Assembly: GCA_038523235.1 (NCBI GenBank) | Contig: JBCBJQ010000147.1 | Span: 1 to 10,392 of the forward strand | DNA: 10,392 nt | Source: Cyanobacteria bacterium J06626_4 | GTDB taxonomy: Bacteria; Cyanobacteriota; Cyanobacteriia; Phormidesmidales; Phormidesmidaceae | Direction: 5' to 3' | Part shown: piece after piece, positions 7,874 through 10,392 of the stretch | Layout of the letters: each line of letters starts with the position of its first letter | Position numbering within the stretch: position 1 is the stretch's first letter | Program-made: the position numbers and the translations under genes | Notes under the pieces: generated by a model | What the model was told of the DNA's origin: nothing | Databases searched by the model: none | The model's input: the letters and a program-made list of their open reading frames with translations, nothing else

Positions 7874-7879
7874 CGTTAC

Positions 7880-7908
7880 AACATAACGGAAAGTTCGGGA
7901 ATTGTCAC
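7880..7908 (-). promoter_or_regulatory. Sigma70-type promoter of the Yfr2-like sRNA
   Basis: -35 GTGACA (7908-7903), 17-nt spacer, -10 TATGTT (7885-7880), then 6 nt to the predicted +1 G at 7873. Confidence 0.7.
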
Positions 7909-8162
7909 GCCCTCAGGCCGTCCTGACACTTCAGTTTTTCTTATTGCTCATTCGAGCAGGATTAGGCAGGGCTCAAAATCGCAGGCTAGCAGGGGCTTAC
8001 GGTCGATGAGTCGGGGGTGAGTAATCCTGACTGCCAGACTCACTCAGTTAAGATTCTTGGCCGATCTGTGGGAGAGATAGTCTGAGGTGCATCATCAGTT
8101 GATTGCCCGAATCTCCCAGAAAATCGCTGTATTCGGACGATTGTAGACGCTATGCAGAATTC

Positions 8163-8188
8163 GGCATACCCTGCGGGAAGGGTATGCC
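8163..8188. repeat. 10-bp perfect hairpin resembling cyanobacterial short dispersed repeats
   Basis: GGCATACCCT-GCGGGA-AGGGTATGCC, containing CCCTGCGGGAAG and followed by CCTACGG. Confidence 0.55.
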
Positions 8189-8305
8189 CTACGGAATTGA
8201 AAAGCTGATCAGATGGTGATTTCAGCCATCTGTGATGGCCTCATCAAACTGCGGCCTGCGATATCCAAGTGGGCGAACATCAAGAAATTCTGATCGGGTA
8301 GGTTG

Positions 8306-8336
8306 CCACCCTGCTCTAAATCTTGGGGCAGGGTGG
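8306..8336. terminator. GC-rich hairpin about 65 nt downstream of the ndhD stop (3'-end stabiliser or terminator candidate)
   Basis: CCACCCTGC (8306-8314) pairs with GCAGGGTGG (8328-8336). There is no immediate U-tract, so the function is uncertain. Confidence 0.4.
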
Positions 8337-8400
8337 TCGCGAGTACCGGTGGCATCGAAATTGAGGGGGCAATCATCCCCATAGCCAGCAGTGCTAATGC

Positions 8401-10089
8401 CTAAAAGACCATCGGACTCAGGTTACCTGCGTAAAACTTCCCGGTATAAGAGGGCGCATTGGCCGCAGTCATGTCTTGATACACCTGCTGCACCGAGGCA
8501 TTGACCGCCACCGTTTTCACGTCATACATCTGCATCGCCAGCTTGGGATAAAAACCGATCGCGATAATCAGCGCAATAAAGCAGCCCGCAATCATGACCT
8601 CGCGGAAGGTCGCGTCCTCAAACTTGGCCTGGCCGGGGAGCTCACAGTTGTTGCCAAAGCACGACGGTTCTTCGTTGCCTTGATTCTTCAAATCGAGGTC
8701 ATCCATATCGCAGGAGGGCAGCACATCACAGACCGGCGGAGCCGCTGCACCGTAAAACACCTGCTTCAGCATTGATAGCAGGTAGACCGGCGTGAGAATC
8801 AGCCCCACGGCAGAGAGGAACACTGTTACCGTGCGGAAGGTCTCGCTGTAAGCGCCGCTGGTAGTAAAGCCGACAAACACGGCCACCTCACTGGCAAAGC
8901 CACTCATGCCCGGCAACGCCAGGGAGGCCATCACCCCCATGGTGAACAGCGTAAACACCCTGGGCAACGCCTGACCAATGTTGCTCATCTCGTTCATCAT
9001 CATGGTGTGGGTGCGATCGTAGGTGACCCCCGCCAAGAAGAACAGCACCGACGCAATCAGCCCGTGGGAGAGCATTTGCAGGAGTGCCCCACTAATGCCC
9101 AAATCGGTAAATGAAGCAATGCCTAGCAGCACAAAGCCCATGTGCGACACCGAGGAGTAGGCCAGACGGCGCTTCATATTGGTTTGAGCAAAGGAGTTCA
9201 GCGCTCCGTAGACAATGTTAATTACGCCCAGAACGGCCAAAATCGGCGCAAAGTAAACGTGGGCATGGGGCAACAGTTCGAGGTTGACGCGAATCAGCCC
9301 GTAGCCACCCATTTTGAGCAGCACGCCCGCTAACACCATCGATACCGGCGAAGAAGCTTCCCCGTGGGCATCAGGTAGCCAGGTGTGGAAGGGGAAAATC
9401 GCTAGCTTGACGCCAAAGGCCACCAACAGTCCGGCATAGAGAAACAGCTCAAGCCCGAGGGGAAACGACTTGAGGTGCAGCTGGGCCATGTCAAACGTCA
9501 CCCAATCGCCATAGAAGGCCATTGCCAACGCCGCTACCAGAATGAAGATGGACGCAGCGGCGGTGTACATCAAAAATTTCGTGGCCGCATAGCGCCGGTT
9601 TTGTCCACCCCAAATGCAGACCAGCAGGTAAACGGGGACCAGCTCGACTTCCCACATGATGAAGAACAGCATCAGATCTTGGGCGACAAAGACGCCGATC
9701 TGTGCGGCATAGAGCACCAGCATCAAGCTATAAAACAGCCGGGGCCGACGATTGACCCGCCAGGCCGACAGCATTGAGAGCGTGGTCACCAGACCGGCCA
9801 GCAGCACTAACGGCGCTGACAAATCATCGACAGAAACCGTCCAGTTCAGCCCGAGGGCCGGAATCCAGGAAAAGGTTTCGATGATTTGGAAGTTGGCCTG
9901 GGTGGGATCGTAGTGCGCCCAGAAGACGTAGCACATCAGTGCTAGCTCCAGCCAACCAACACTGACGGCATACCAGCGAATCAGGTCATTGTTGGTGCCG
10001 CGCACGACGGGTAAAAAAGGCATTGCCAGCGCTGCGATGAGCGGTAGCAGGATAAGAAGCGTGAGCCAGGGAAAGTGAGCGATCGTCAT
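8401..10089 (-). CDS. ndhD: NAD(P)H-quinone oxidoreductase (NDH-1) subunit 4, NdhD2-like paralog
   Basis: NuoM/NdhD motifs [58 protein letters not shown] and [10 protein letters not shown]. It stands alone (no ndhF adjacent in the window) and has the Cys-containing C-terminal loop (CFGNNCELP) that I associate with NdhD2. Confidence 0.95.
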   Translation of the reverse strand: MTIAHFPWLTLLILLPLIAALAMPFLPVVRGTNNDLIRWYAVSVGWLELALMCYVFWAHYDPTQANFQIIETFSWIPALGLNWTVSVDDLSAPLVLLAGLVTTLSMLSAWRVNRRPRLFYSLMLVLYAAQIGVFVAQDLMLFFIMWEVELVPVYLLVCIWGGQNRRYAATKFLMYTAAASIFILVAALAMAFYGDWVTFDMAQLHLKSFPLGLELFLYAGLLVAFGVKLAIFPFHTWLPDAHGEASSPVSMVLAGVLLKMGGYGLIRVNLELLPHAHVYFAPILAVLGVINIVYGALNSFAQTNMKRRLAYSSVSHMGFVLLGIASFTDLGISGALLQMLSHGLIASVLFFLAGVTYDRTHTMMMNEMSNIGQALPRVFTLFTMGVMASLALPGMSGFASEVAVFVGFTTSGAYSETFRTVTVFLSAVGLILTPVYLLSMLKQVFYGAAAPPVCDVLPSCDMDDLDLKNQGNEEPSCFGNNCELPGQAKFEDATFREVMIAGCFIALIIAIGFYPKLAMQMYDVKTVAVNASVQQVYQDMTAANAPSYTGKFYAGNLSPMVF

Positions 10090-10392
10090 AGTGATTTAAG
10101 AATTGATACCTGAATGTACCTTGCGGGGTGTCCCTTGCCCTAAACTACCGATCGCTGCAAGCTGGGGAGCAATCTCTCTAACGCTGGCTGAGAGAGCAGT
10201 TGAGCCAATCACTAGAGTTGCTACTATGTGCCGCTGTCGGTTTTGGGCCTTGTGGGTAAATGAATGGCCGTACATCGAATAGAATCTATGCAAAACAATT
10301 ATTCATTTACTTTCTTCTATGATTTAAGCACTCTATAGGTATTTTTGCTAGCGCGATCGCGTTTTATCTCTTGACCACTTTTTGCAACGTCA

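Larger units (their letters stand above)
812..10360. repeat. HIP1 octamer GCGATCGC, dispersed
   Basis: At least 13 exact copies counted by eye, starting at 812, 924, 1520, 2027, 2842, 3061, 3701, 5077, 5968, 6590, 7020, 7656 and 10353, plus many one-mismatch copies. This is a cyanobacterial genome signature. Confidence 0.95.

Noticed and set aside
7815..7889. Yfr1 sRNA on the plus strand (hairpin, CTCCTCACAC, hairpin)
   Set aside because: The motif is GCTCCTCACAC rather than ACTCCTCACAC and the 3' hairpin has no U-tract. The promoter, GAAACA loop and terminator all point to a minus-strand Yfr2-type RNA.
842..9777. Short ORFs antisense to or out of frame within the main genes (e.g. 842-1099, 2648-3037, 3715-4005, 5794-6246, 7114-7395, 8476-8775, 9475-9777)
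   Set aside because: These are shadow ORFs expected in GC-rich coding DNA. They show no motifs and lie within well-supported genes.
10096..10293. 65-aa ORF upstream of ndhD
   Set aside because: It starts inside the AT-rich putative promoter block, has no RBS and no recognisable family. It is more likely the 5' UTR, although a leader peptide cannot be fully excluded.
1..10392. CRISPR array, IS/transposase, integrase, tRNA or rRNA
   Set aside because: No regularly spaced repeats with unique spacers, no recombinase or transposase motifs in any ORF, and no cloverleaf or rRNA-like sequence.

Overview
Chromosomal region of a cyanobacterium, shown by at least 13 HIP1 GCGATCGC octamers, ndhD, and mntCAB with ManR-type boxes. 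Seven housekeeping-type CDSs: a DegT/DnrJ/EryC1/StrS PLP aminotransferase (+), the Mn ABC importer operon mntC-mntA-mntB (-), a NorM-type MATE efflux pump (-) divergent from a Cof-type HAD phosphatase (+), and an NdhD2-like NDH-1 subunit 4 (-). The most informative signals are intergenic: (1) a Yfr2/Cyano-1-family sRNA with its own promoter and terminator at about 7805-7873 (-); (2) two tandem ManR-like direct-repeat boxes upstream of mntC; (3) a compact three-way-junction RNA in the MATE leader, with alternative pairings over the ribosome-binding region, that matches no riboswitch class I recognise and is the best candidate for something undescribed; (4) a near-perfect 20-bp REP-like palindrome and several small cyanobacterial repeats. 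The aminotransferase also carries an unusual CxxCxxxC insertion. No transposase, CRISPR array, tRNA or rRNA was seen. All family assignments come from motif recognition by eye; no searches were run.
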